Positions 18,692-26,735 of a DNA stretch of 60,000 nt are shown here, one piece after another (within the stretch, counting starts at the first letter, position 1; each line of letters starts with the position of its first letter). The position numbers and the translations under genes were made by a program. The notes beneath the pieces were generated by a model, which saw only the letters and a list, made by a program, of their open reading frames with translations, made no database searches and was not told where the DNA came from. This DNA is from Candidatus Woesearchaeota archaeon (lineage in GTDB: Archaea > Nanobdellota > Nanobdellia > Woesearchaeales > UBA11576): positions 71,463-131,462 of the forward strand of contig JBDRET010000030.1 in assembly GCA_043819495.1 (NCBI GenBank). The letters run 5' to 3'.

Positions 18692-20776
18692 ATGGCCAGA
18701 TACAAATGTCCAAAATGCGGGATGGAGTATGACAAGCCAGGCAAATGCACAATGGAGGGTGCTACGCTTGTCAAGGTAGGGGATGAAAAATCCCCTCACC
18801 ATCCCTCTGAACATGCAGGTCACGACCACAGTAGACACCATGAGATGATGGTCCAGGATTTCAAGAAAAGGTTCTTCGTATCAATCGTACTGACGATACC
18901 TATTCTTGTCCTGTCTCCTTTGATACAGAAGTTCTTAGGCTTCACTGTTGCATTTACAGGAGACAAATATCTGCTTTTCCTTCTCTCAGCAGCGGTATTC
19001 TTCTATGGCGGATGGCCATTCATCAAAGGATTATTCACAGAACTGAAGGGCATGGCTCCGGGCATGATGACTCTTATAGCATTGGCTATAACGGTTGCTT
19101 TCGTCTACAGCGGTGCTGTCGTGTTCGGCCTTACTGGCAAGGTATTCTTCTGGGAGCTTGCCACGCTTATAGATATCATGCTTCTTGGGCACTGGATAGA
19201 GATGAGATCGGTCATGGGAGCGTCCAGGGCGCTCGAAGCTCTTGCCAAGCTCATGCCTTCAGAGGCTCATCTTGTCAAGGGGAATAGTACAGAAGACGTG
19301 CCGATATCACAGCTTGCCAAAGGGGACATAGTTCTTGTCAGGCCGGGTGAGAAAGTGCCTTCTGATGGAGTGATAGTCAAAGGTGCGACCAGTGTAAATG
19401 AGGCTATGCTTACAGGAGAATCAAAGCCAGTAAACAAGAAGAAAGGAGATAAAGTCATCGGCGGTTCAGTGAATGGTGAGGGAGCTATACATGTCAAAGT
19501 CACGCATACGGGAGAAGAGTCATACCTATCACAAGTGATAACTCTAGTTAAGCAAGCTCAAGAGTCGAAGTCAAAAACACAAGATTTAGCGAACACCGCA
19601 GCAAAGTGGCTCACAATAATATCTATATCTGTTGGAACAATAACACTTGTGTCATGGTTATTCTCTGGGAAGGATTTTGCTTTTGCAATTGAACGAATGG
19701 TCACAGTCATGGTCATTACCTGCCCACACGCACTAGGTCTCGCAGTACCTCTCGTAGTAGCAGTATCTACATCACTCTCAGCTAAGAATGGGCTTCTCAT
19801 AAGGAACAGGACGGCATTCGAGAATGCCAGGAAAATTAATGCTATAGTGTTTGACAAGACGGGAACATTGACAAGAGGAGAGTTTGGTGTTACAGACGTC
19901 GTTACGTTGGGAAATAACAAAGAGAAAGACGTGCTTCACTATGCAGCCTCACTTGAAGGTAATTCAGAACACCCAATAGCAAGAGGAATAGTGAACAAGG
20001 CTAAGAAAGAGAAGATAGCACAAGGCAAAGTTAGCAATTTTAAGGCATTGCCGGGAAAAGGCATACAAGGCAGCATAGGTAAGAAGAAAGTTATGGTAGT
20101 AAGCCCTAACTATCTGGACGAGAAAAAGATCAAGATGACTGACGAAAGGATCAAAAAGCTTTCTGAGCAGGGGAAGACTACGGTTTACGTCCTTTCACAA
20201 GGCAAGTTAGTTGGTGCTATTGCGCTTGCAGACCTCGTCAGAGAGGAATCAAAAGAAGCGATAAGTAAGTTGAAGTCCATGGGAATCAAATGCATGATGC
20301 TTACAGGAGATAACAAGACGGTCGCAGAAGCAGTATCAAAAGAACTAGAGCTTGATGACTTCTTTGCAGAAGTCCTTCCACACCAAAAATCAGAGACGAT
20401 AAAGAAAGTTCAATCACAAGGATTTAACGTAGCGATGGTAGGAGACGGCGTGAATGACGCACCAGCACTCGTACAAGCTGATGTAGGGATAGCGATAGGT
20501 GCAGGCACAGATGTTGCTATAGAATCCGCAGACATAGTGCTTGTGAGGAATGATCCAAGAGATGTAGTATCAGTTATAAGACTGGCGAACGCTACCTACA
20601 GCAAGATGAAACAGAACCTACTGTGGGCCACAGGCTACAACGTCTTTGCAATACCACTCGCAGCAGGAGTCTTATACCCTTACGGAATCCTACTTAGCCC
20701 TGCAGCGGGTGCAGTACTGATGTCTCTAAGCACAGTTATCGTAGCGATAAACGCGAGATTCTTATCGATGAAATAG
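18692..20776 (+). CDS. copB: copper-exporting P1B-type ATPase (CPH subtype)
   Basis: TGES, CPHAL, DKTGT, SEHP, GDGVNDAP; N-terminal CPKCGM...PGKC and His-rich segment. Confidence 0.93.
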   Translation: MARYKCPKCGMEYDKPGKCTMEGATLVKVGDEKSPHHPSEHAGHDHSRHHEMMVQDFKKRFFVSIVLTIPILVLSPLIQKFLGFTVAFTGDKYLLFLLSAAVFFYGGWPFIKGLFTELKGMAPGMMTLIALAITVAFVYSGAVVFGLTGKVFFWELATLIDIMLLGHWIEMRSVMGASRALEALAKLMPSEAHLVKGNSTEDVPISQLAKGDIVLVRPGEKVPSDGVIVKGATSVNEAMLTGESKPVNKKKGDKVIGGSVNGEGAIHVKVTHTGEESYLSQVITLVKQAQESKSKTQDLANTAAKWLTIISISVGTITLVSWLFSGKDFAFAIERMVTVMVITCPHALGLAVPLVVAVSTSLSAKNGLLIRNRTAFENARKINAIVFDKTGTLTRGEFGVTDVVTLGNNKEKDVLHYAASLEGNSEHPIARGIVNKAKKEKIAQGKVSNFKALPGKGIQGSIGKKKVMVVSPNYLDEKKIKMTDERIKKLSEQGKTTVYVLSQGKLVGAIALADLVREESKEAISKLKSMGIKCMMLTGDNKTVAEAVSKELELDDFFAEVLPHQKSETIKKVQSQGFNVAMVGDGVNDAPALVQADVGIAIGAGTDVAIESADIVLVRNDPRDVVSVIRLANATYSKMKQNLLWATGYNVFAIPLAAGVLYPYGILLSPAAGAVLMSLSTVIVAINARFLSMK

Positions 20777-20831
20777 AGTGGTTACGAGCAGAAAATCAAA
20801 GATTTTTGAGCTTACAACCTGCTGATGCGAG

Positions 20832-21015
20832 ATGGCTAAGACAAGAATGATCCTATTCAGGGTAAGCCTCATAATACAAGAGTATCATGAACAACGCTCA
20901 AGCTAAAGGACATAAGACGATGGCTAGTTACCTGAGAGATGTATCGCTGAATAAAGACCGGGTGTTCGAGAGAAGATTTGACGAGATGTACAAAGCGATT
21001 GTGGGAAAAAGATAA
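20832..21015 (+). pseudogene. frameshifted small ribbon-helix-helix (MobC/CopG-like) DNA-binding gene
   Basis: MAKTRMILFRVS in one frame, then YKSIMNNAQAKGHKTMASYLRDVSL...GKR* in another. Confidence 0.45.
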
Positions 21016-21126
21016 TAGCATTGGCCTGTTAAATTTTATTTAGGCACATCTCCTGCTCCTGTACCAACAAGGTTCATTGTTCAGTGAATAAAAACATTAA
21101 AAAATGCTATTTGCAGTTGTTTGTTT

Positions 21127-21894
21127 ATGGTAACAATAGCGCACATCTCAGACTTGCACTGCGGCAAGACAGGTTTCAAGTCCAAGAAGCTTTCAGCATG
21201 TATCAAGGAGATAAACAAGCTCAAGCCAGACGCTGTTGTAGTGACTGGAGACCTGACACTCAATGGATACAAGAAAGAATATGAGATGGCTAAGAAATAC
21301 CTCTCAAAAATCAAGCCCAAGACACTGATAATCCCGGGTAACCACGATTCCAGGCTCTGTGGGTATGAGTATTTCGACGAGTTCTTCGGCTACGGGAACA
21401 CTTCGCTTGACATAGGAAGCATCCACATAATCGGTGTCGACACTACTGTACCTGATCTTGATGAGGGTAATATAGGAAGAGGCAAGCTGCGCTGGCTTCT
21501 GGATGAGCTTGAGAAGCGTCCTAAGGATGAGTTGAGGATTGTCGCGATGCATCACCATCTCGTGTCTGTCCCTAGGACCGGCAGGGAACGCTCCACTATA
21601 TCTGATGCTGGCACAGTGCTTCATGCCCTTGTCAATGCAGGTGTTGATGTCGTGCTCTGCGGTCACAAGCACACGCCTCATTCATGGCTTGTGGATACTC
21701 TTGCTGTGGTCAATGCTGGTTCTGTATCTGCTGTAAAGTTAAGGGCAAATGTCCGCAACAGCTACAACATCATCAGGATAGCTGACGGCAACATAGAGGT
21801 TCTTCTGAAAGAGACCGGTAAGAAGCCGAAGCACATGGTGAGCTATGTGACTTCCAGTTCTGAGAGAGGGATGGTTGTGAGCAGGAAGAGTTGA
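21127..21894 (+). CDS. calcineurin-like metallophosphoesterase (CpdA/Icc-like)
   Basis: SDLH, TGDLT, PGNHD, MHHH, GHKH motifs. Confidence 0.9.
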   Translation: MVTIAHISDLHCGKTGFKSKKLSACIKEINKLKPDAVVVTGDLTLNGYKKEYEMAKKYLSKIKPKTLIIPGNHDSRLCGYEYFDEFFGYGNTSLDIGSIHIIGVDTTVPDLDEGNIGRGKLRWLLDELEKRPKDELRIVAMHHHLVSVPRTGRERSTISDAGTVLHALVNAGVDVVLCGHKHTPHSWLVDTLAVVNAGSVSAVKLRANVRNSYNIIRIADGNIEVLLKETGKKPKHMVSYVTSSSERGMVVSRKS

Positions 21895-21940
21895 GACACC
21901 AGTTCGATGTGCTGCGGAAAAATCGCTTCTTGACACCTCT

Positions 21941-22231
21941 TTATTGCTTTTTCGTCTTCTGGAATGCCTCTTCCATCAGTTCCATCTGCATCTGCTGTAT
22001 CTCGAGGAGCCTATGCCATTGGTTTGAGAGCAGCTGGTCTACCTTCCAGTTGAGGTGGCGGATCATGAGCTCTGAGTTGAGGTTTGTCTTGTAGTCCTGT
22101 TCTGACCTCATGCGGTCCTTGGCCTCCTGCCTGTTCTGGCTCATCATGATGACTGGTGCCTGGATGGCTGCAAGGCAGGAAAGTACTAGATTCAATAGTA
22201 TGAACGGGTAAGGATCGAATGGTCTCGCCAA
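21941..22231 (-). pseudogene. DUF1003-like membrane protein, C-terminal fragment
   Basis: FDPYPFILLNLVLSCLAAIQAPVIMMSQNRQ signature with the N-terminal part missing. Confidence 0.75.
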
Positions 22232-22551
22232 CAGGACGGTTTACGACCTTCTTTTGAAGCATGCGCTGTCTCCTAAGACAGTCTACACCTGGTTTCTTCT
22301 TGAGCGTACCCCGCATCATGTAAAGGACACAAGACCCTATCAGGTTACCTTTGGGATATTGCGCTGAATAAGGATATGATTTTCGAACAGAGATTCAATG
22401 AGCTGTATCATGTTATTGTTGAAAATGATCCTGGTTTGTCAAAGAAGGATAAATCGGAGATTATTCAAAATAACTAATTAAATGTACAAATTTTGTACTT
22501 ATTTATACAAAAATAGTAATATTTATATACTAGTTATGTTTCTATCTTATT

Positions 22552-23172
22552 ATGGATGAAAGAAATAGCAAGATAACAAGTGCGAATGAGTTGTTTGAAT
22601 TGCTTAATTCTATTTCTAAGTATTTAGAGCGCAAGATTAAGTTTTATGCTCTGGGTGGCACTGCGTTAACTATTCTAGGGATCAAGCAATCTACGTTGGA
22701 TGTTGATATTGATATCTGCTCCAAAAAAGACTATGAATATTTATGTTCGATATTTGAGAAGATTGGTTTCAAGAGGTTGGGAACAATTAGATGGCAGACT
22801 CAGGAGGGATTATTCTTTGACTTGTTTGAAGGTTCAAACATACTGGGCACTGCATTGCTGTCTGATTTTGTAAGTAAATCTAAGTTCATCAGATCCTTTG
22901 ATAATATCGAGCTTTACACCATGTCGTTGGATGATATTATCATCAGTAAATTAGCGAGAGGTGACCCAAGAGATTTTGATGATATCAGGAGAATATTTGA
23001 GACTCAGAAGATTGACTTGAAAGAGTTGGTGAAGAGATATGAGGATACGATGGAGACCTCAGTTGTGGCGCTTTACAAACAGAAATTGCTGGACTTGATT
23101 GAGATAGAGTTCAATAATTGGGGTTTTACTCTAGATATGAAACTTATCGATGAGGTAAAAAAATGGGAATAG
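22552..23172 (+). CDS. DUF6036/AbiEii-like nucleotidyltransferase
   Basis: YALGGTAL...STLDVD...ISKLARGDPRDFDD; AT-rich DNA. Confidence 0.8.
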   Translation: MDERNSKITSANELFELLNSISKYLERKIKFYALGGTALTILGIKQSTLDVDIDICSKKDYEYLCSIFEKIGFKRLGTIRWQTQEGLFFDLFEGSNILGTALLSDFVSKSKFIRSFDNIELYTMSLDDIIISKLARGDPRDFDDIRRIFETQKIDLKELVKRYEDTMETSVVALYKQKLLDLIEIEFNNWGFTLDMKLIDEVKKWE

Positions 23173-23966
23173 ACATTGATAAAAAACTGACCGAAGCAGG
23201 GTATCGGATGTTTGGTGCTGCTGCTGAGAATGAAGACCTGATATTATCTATCCTTGATGATGGAAATCTGCGTTATCTTAAAGCCGTCCCTTTCCTAATA
23301 TACAATTATGATATTGATCTGGAAAAAATTAATTCAAGGACAAAGCAGAAGAAACTTTTGGCACAGATAATCTCTATTACGAGAAGGATGTTCAAAGAAG
23401 AGGGAATACCAAAAGCTCTGCCGAATATTGACCAGGAGGGCGACTTTGATTATGCGGATTTCAAGCAGGAGTTTGATATGCAAAAGCTTGCGTCAGAAAA
23501 ACCGAAACTCTTAATCGATAAACAGAAGATTTACGCAGAGAGAGATACTTTGATGTGGTTATCCAGCTTGTTTACAAAGAAAGAAAGGCAGATAATAAGA
23601 AGAATATTTGACGATAAGCCGGTAAGTAAAACAGAATATGAATATTATTCTCGTAAGACAAAGAAGAAACTGCATAGCATAATCAATCTGCAAGAGTTAG
23701 CTAGGACTCTGGCCAATAAATCTCCTGCGTATGATGAAGAGTTGTTCAAATTAAAATCATCGCTGGAAAAATGGCTGGAGAATGCAGATAAAATTGAGGA
23801 AGCTTCAATTCAAAGATTTTTCATAGCCGACGATATCATATCCATATTTTATAATAAGAAGGAACCGAAAGAGCAAACTTTCAATACGCAAAAGCTGCTG
23901 AAAATTATTAAGGATAAAGATATTATTAGACTTTTGGATATATACAAAGAGCACGATTTTACATAG
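23163..23966 (+). CDS. hypothetical protein, likely partner of the upstream nucleotidyltransferase
   Basis: Overlaps the upstream gene by 10 bp; same AT-rich composition. Confidence 0.7.
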   Translation: MGIDIDKKLTEAGYRMFGAAAENEDLILSILDDGNLRYLKAVPFLIYNYDIDLEKINSRTKQKKLLAQIISITRRMFKEEGIPKALPNIDQEGDFDYADFKQEFDMQKLASEKPKLLIDKQKIYAERDTLMWLSSLFTKKERQIIRRIFDDKPVSKTEYEYYSRKTKKKLHSIINLQELARTLANKSPAYDEELFKLKSSLEKWLENADKIEEASIQRFFIADDIISIFYNKKEPKEQTFNTQKLLKIIKDKDIIRLLDIYKEHDFT

Positions 23967-24127
23967 GCGGTTCATTTCCTCGTTGGCAGGGTTTCTGCCG
24001 ATTTTGGGAAAAATGCTGGATTGGTCGTAAAAAAAACAAGAGTGCCAAGAAAGCTAATATTGCGGTTTTCGAGGAAGAGACGGCCACAGAGTGGATTTCT
24101 GGCTTTGGCGGTGAAAGTCAACAAAAA

Positions 24128-24200
24128 TGGGGTTGCGAGGATTTGAACCCCGGCCGGGCGGCCCCGAACCACCAGTCATACCAAACTAGACTACAACCCC
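24128..24200 (-). tRNA. tRNA-Pro(CGG)
   Basis: GGGGTTG/CAACCCC acceptor stem; GGTGG-TTCGGGG-CCGCC anticodon arm; CGGGG-TTCAAAT-CCTCG T arm; no encoded CCA. Confidence 0.9.
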
Positions 24201-24209
24201 TTGGATAAA

Positions 24210-24380
24210 GTAAAAATCCCGATGCAGTCAGGATTTTTGTTTTTCTAAGGCTCGAAAATGCCTATGACTTAAGAATCGGCATTTTCTTTGCCTTGCATAC
24301 AAAAATAATCCCGACTTCATCGGGATTATTGAGCATACAAAAAGGTAAGATTCCGACTTTATCGAAATCTTACCTTTCTC
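24210..24380. repeat. array of four hairpins between the tRNA genes
   Basis: aaaaatcccga..tcaggattttt; aaaatgcc..ggcatttt; ataatcccga-cttca-tcgggattat; aaaggtaagatt..aatcttaccttt; gcatacaaaaa occurs twice. Confidence 0.75.
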
Positions 24381-24383
24381 GCA

Positions 24384-24457
24384 TGGACTTGTCGGGATTC
24401 GAACCCGAGGCCTTTCCGTTGCGAACGGAACGCTCTACCGAGCTGAGCTACAAGCCC
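24384..24457 (-). tRNA. tRNA-Ala(CGC)
   Basis: GGGCTTG/CAAGTCC acceptor stem with G3:U70; TTCCG-TTCGCAA-CGGAA anticodon arm; TTCGAAT T loop. Confidence 0.95.
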
Positions 24458-24543
24458 TTTTTGAAAAGATTTTTTGTTCGTACTGTTGAGCTTAGTGAAA
24501 CAGTACTGGGTTCGCGTGTGCACGGAGCGATGCCGTGCCGCGT

Positions 24544-24565
24544 TACCGAGCTGAGCTACAAGCCC
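24544..24565 (-). repeat. 22-bp direct duplicate of the tRNA-Ala 5' end
   Basis: taccgagctgagctacaagccc is identical to 24436-24457. Confidence 0.9.
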
Positions 24566-24652
24566 ATTTAACCCAAGAAATCTCTATTTTATATTTAAAT
24601 CTTGACTTGTTGGCCTGACTATTTTTTATATTCCATCAGATTCCCTTGCATT

Positions 24653-25144
24653 ATGCAACTTACACTGATAGCAGCAGTATCTGATAACCACATGATAGGT
24701 TACAGAGGCAGGACTCCCTGAGTCATACCTAACGACCTTGCCAGGTTCAAGAACATCACTATGGGGCATCCTGTGATCATGGGCAGGAAGACTTATGATT
24801 CTATAGTCCAGCCTCTGCAGGGACGGCTGAACATAGTCCTTACAAGAGAGGAGAATCCATACTTACCAGGAGCGGTCCCTTACCGTTCTGTGAACGACCT
24901 TATCGAAGACCTGGATGAAGGCAAGCTTCAACATGAAGGCATCGACACAAGTGAAGTGTTCATCATCGGAGGCCAGCAGATATATGAGCAGACCATCGGG
25001 TTGGCAGATCGTCTTGAGATAACTGAAGTGCACAGAGAATATCCTGGTGATGCAGTCTTCCCTGAGATAGACAAGAAGATATGGAAAGAGACTGAAAGAG
25101 AAAGTTGGCCTGGTTTTGATTTCGTGAGCTATGTCAGAAGATAG
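24653..25144 (+). pseudogene. folA: dihydrofolate reductase with an in-frame TGA at codon 23
   Basis: MQLTLIAAVSDNHMIG...TP*VIPNDLARFK...GHPVIMGRKT...IIGGQQIY...GDAVFP; the TGA at 24719-24721 sits at the conserved Trp. Confidence 0.85.
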
Positions 25145-25150
25145 ATGATA

Positions 25151-25372
25151 TTATTTCTTCTTTTTAGGTTTCCATGTCCCTCTGTGTTCTTTCACTGCAA
25201 GTGTGGCAAACACTGCAAATAGGAATGCGACAACAACGATGAGGAAGAACAGCACTGCAGCCGCCTTGATGAACACCGGACGACCAGTAAGTATGCCTAA
25301 GATCCCGATGATTATCAGGAAGAATCCGAGTATCTCTGCAGTTATGAGCGTGTGTTTAGTCTTTTGTCTCAT
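25151..25372 (-). CDS. small two-TM membrane protein
   Basis: Two hydrophobic helices; overlaps the upstream GNAT gene. Confidence 0.65.
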   Translation of the reverse strand: MRQKTKHTLITAEILGFFLIIIGILGILTGRPVFIKAAAVLFFLIVVVAFLFAVFATLAVKEHRGTWKPKKKK

Positions 25373-25907
25373 ATTCTGACCTTAACAGACCAAATCGTCT
25401 TTCATCATGCCATTTATTATTGTGGAAGATGTGTCTTCGTAGGCAGCCTTCATCTTTGAATCCTGCTTTCATCAGTAGACCTGAAGATGCATCATTGTGA
25501 TAAAATGTCCTTGCGTACATCTTCTCAAATTTAAGTTTCTTAAAACCGAATTTAAGCAGCAAGTTTAATGATTCTCGTGCATATCCGTTTCTCCAGAACT
25601 TTTTGCCGATCCAATATCCTATCTCTGCATTCTTGTGCTTTTTGCTGATATTGCATATTCCCATTCCGCCGATGAGCTCGTCGGTTTCTTTGAGAAATAT
25701 GGAGAATAAGTATCCGGTATCTTCGCGCAGTTTTTTTTGGACCATGTGCTTTATGTACCACTCGCCATCTGATCTTTTGTACGGATGAGGTATGGTATCC
25801 ATGAACCTGACTATGTGCTTATCATTTATGTGTGTTTTTATTGCATCCACATCTTTCATAGTAGGTATCTTAAGATATATCCGTTCCCCTTTCAGCACAG
25901 TCTTCAT
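25356..25907 (-). CDS. GNAT N-acetyltransferase, RimJ/RimL family
   Basis: AEIGYWIGKKFWRNGYARE, NDASSGLLMKAGF. Confidence 0.9.
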   Translation of the reverse strand: MKTVLKGERIYLKIPTMKDVDAIKTHINDKHIVRFMDTIPHPYKRSDGEWYIKHMVQKKLREDTGYLFSIFLKETDELIGGMGICNISKKHKNAEIGYWIGKKFWRNGYARESLNLLLKFGFKKLKFEKMYARTFYHNDASSGLLMKAGFKDEGCLRRHIFHNNKWHDERRFGLLRSEYETKD

Positions 25908-26539
25908 CTCAGCTTCAACCCCTTTACTTTCCGCAATAATGTCTCATACCGAAGACCGATCTTCTTTGATGTCTTGGTGAGGCTTCCACCATTATCTGCA
26001 AGAGCTTTCTGTAAGTACTCGCGCTCGAATTCCTCTTCTGCTTTCTTGAGTGTTACGCGTTTATCAGGGAGTCCATCAAGGATGTCTTTTGATACTGTAT
26101 CCACCTGCTTGTACACTTCTGCCATCCGTGAAGGATGTATGATCTGCTTGTAATGCTCAAGCACATCTTCGATGACACTGCCTACTGCTTTCTGTCTTAT
26201 CTGGTATGGTTTGATCATCTCATCCCGCATGCGGGCGACATCGATGCCTGCAGATTTCACTATCCGGTGTATGCTCCTTCGGTCGACTCCTGCTTTCTTT
26301 GCGACAACAGATATGTTACCATAGCTGACTCTCAATAATCGTCTGAGGAATTGTTGTTTGAACTGCTTCTTTGCTTTCTTGAACCTGACCTTTGTATCTA
26401 TATCGAATAATAGTAATGGGCTGCGCTCAAGCTTCGCAGAGATATCCTTATTCAGCTCACCTATACTGATCCCTAGAATTGGTCTCATAGCATCATCTAC
26501 TATGTGTTCCATGCTTTTCTTGATGGGTTCTTCTTCCAT
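25904..26539 (-). CDS. tandem double Fis-type HTH protein
   Basis: FKQQFLRRLLRVSYGNISVVAKKAGVDRRSIHRIV and FEREYLQKALADNGGSLTKTSKKIGLRYETLLRKV. Confidence 0.85.
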   Translation of the reverse strand: MEEEPIKKSMEHIVDDAMRPILGISIGELNKDISAKLERSPLLLFDIDTKVRFKKAKKQFKQQFLRRLLRVSYGNISVVAKKAGVDRRSIHRIVKSAGIDVARMRDEMIKPYQIRQKAVGSVIEDVLEHYKQIIHPSRMAEVYKQVDTVSKDILDGLPDKRVTLKKAEEEFEREYLQKALADNGGSLTKTSKKIGLRYETLLRKVKGLKLR

Positions 26540-26735
26540 GCTGAAACTCTGGTTTTCCGGCTTTATAAAGGTTTTTGTACATAATGTTTATAAATAAGTT
26601 CATTCAAACAATCACCACTATTGGGCAATGACTAGGTCTACTAAGGTGATAAATATCACCACACAATCATAAATACATCTTTGGCAATGCTGTGTACAGG
26701 CGTTACTGAGCAATTATATGGTGGTATGATACAAA

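Noticed and set aside
24210-24380. Possible CRISPR mini-array
   Set aside because: Only an 11-bp word occurs twice, the units are variable hairpins, and there are no cas genes or regular repeat-spacer period
23972-24571. ORFs 23972-24172 and 24293-24571
   Set aside because: They overlap tRNA genes and hairpins, so they are considered spurious
24719-24721. Alternative genetic code (TGA = Trp or Gly)
   Set aside because: TGA ends many clear genes here (for example at 3291, 35346, 47157) and Trp is TGG elsewhere
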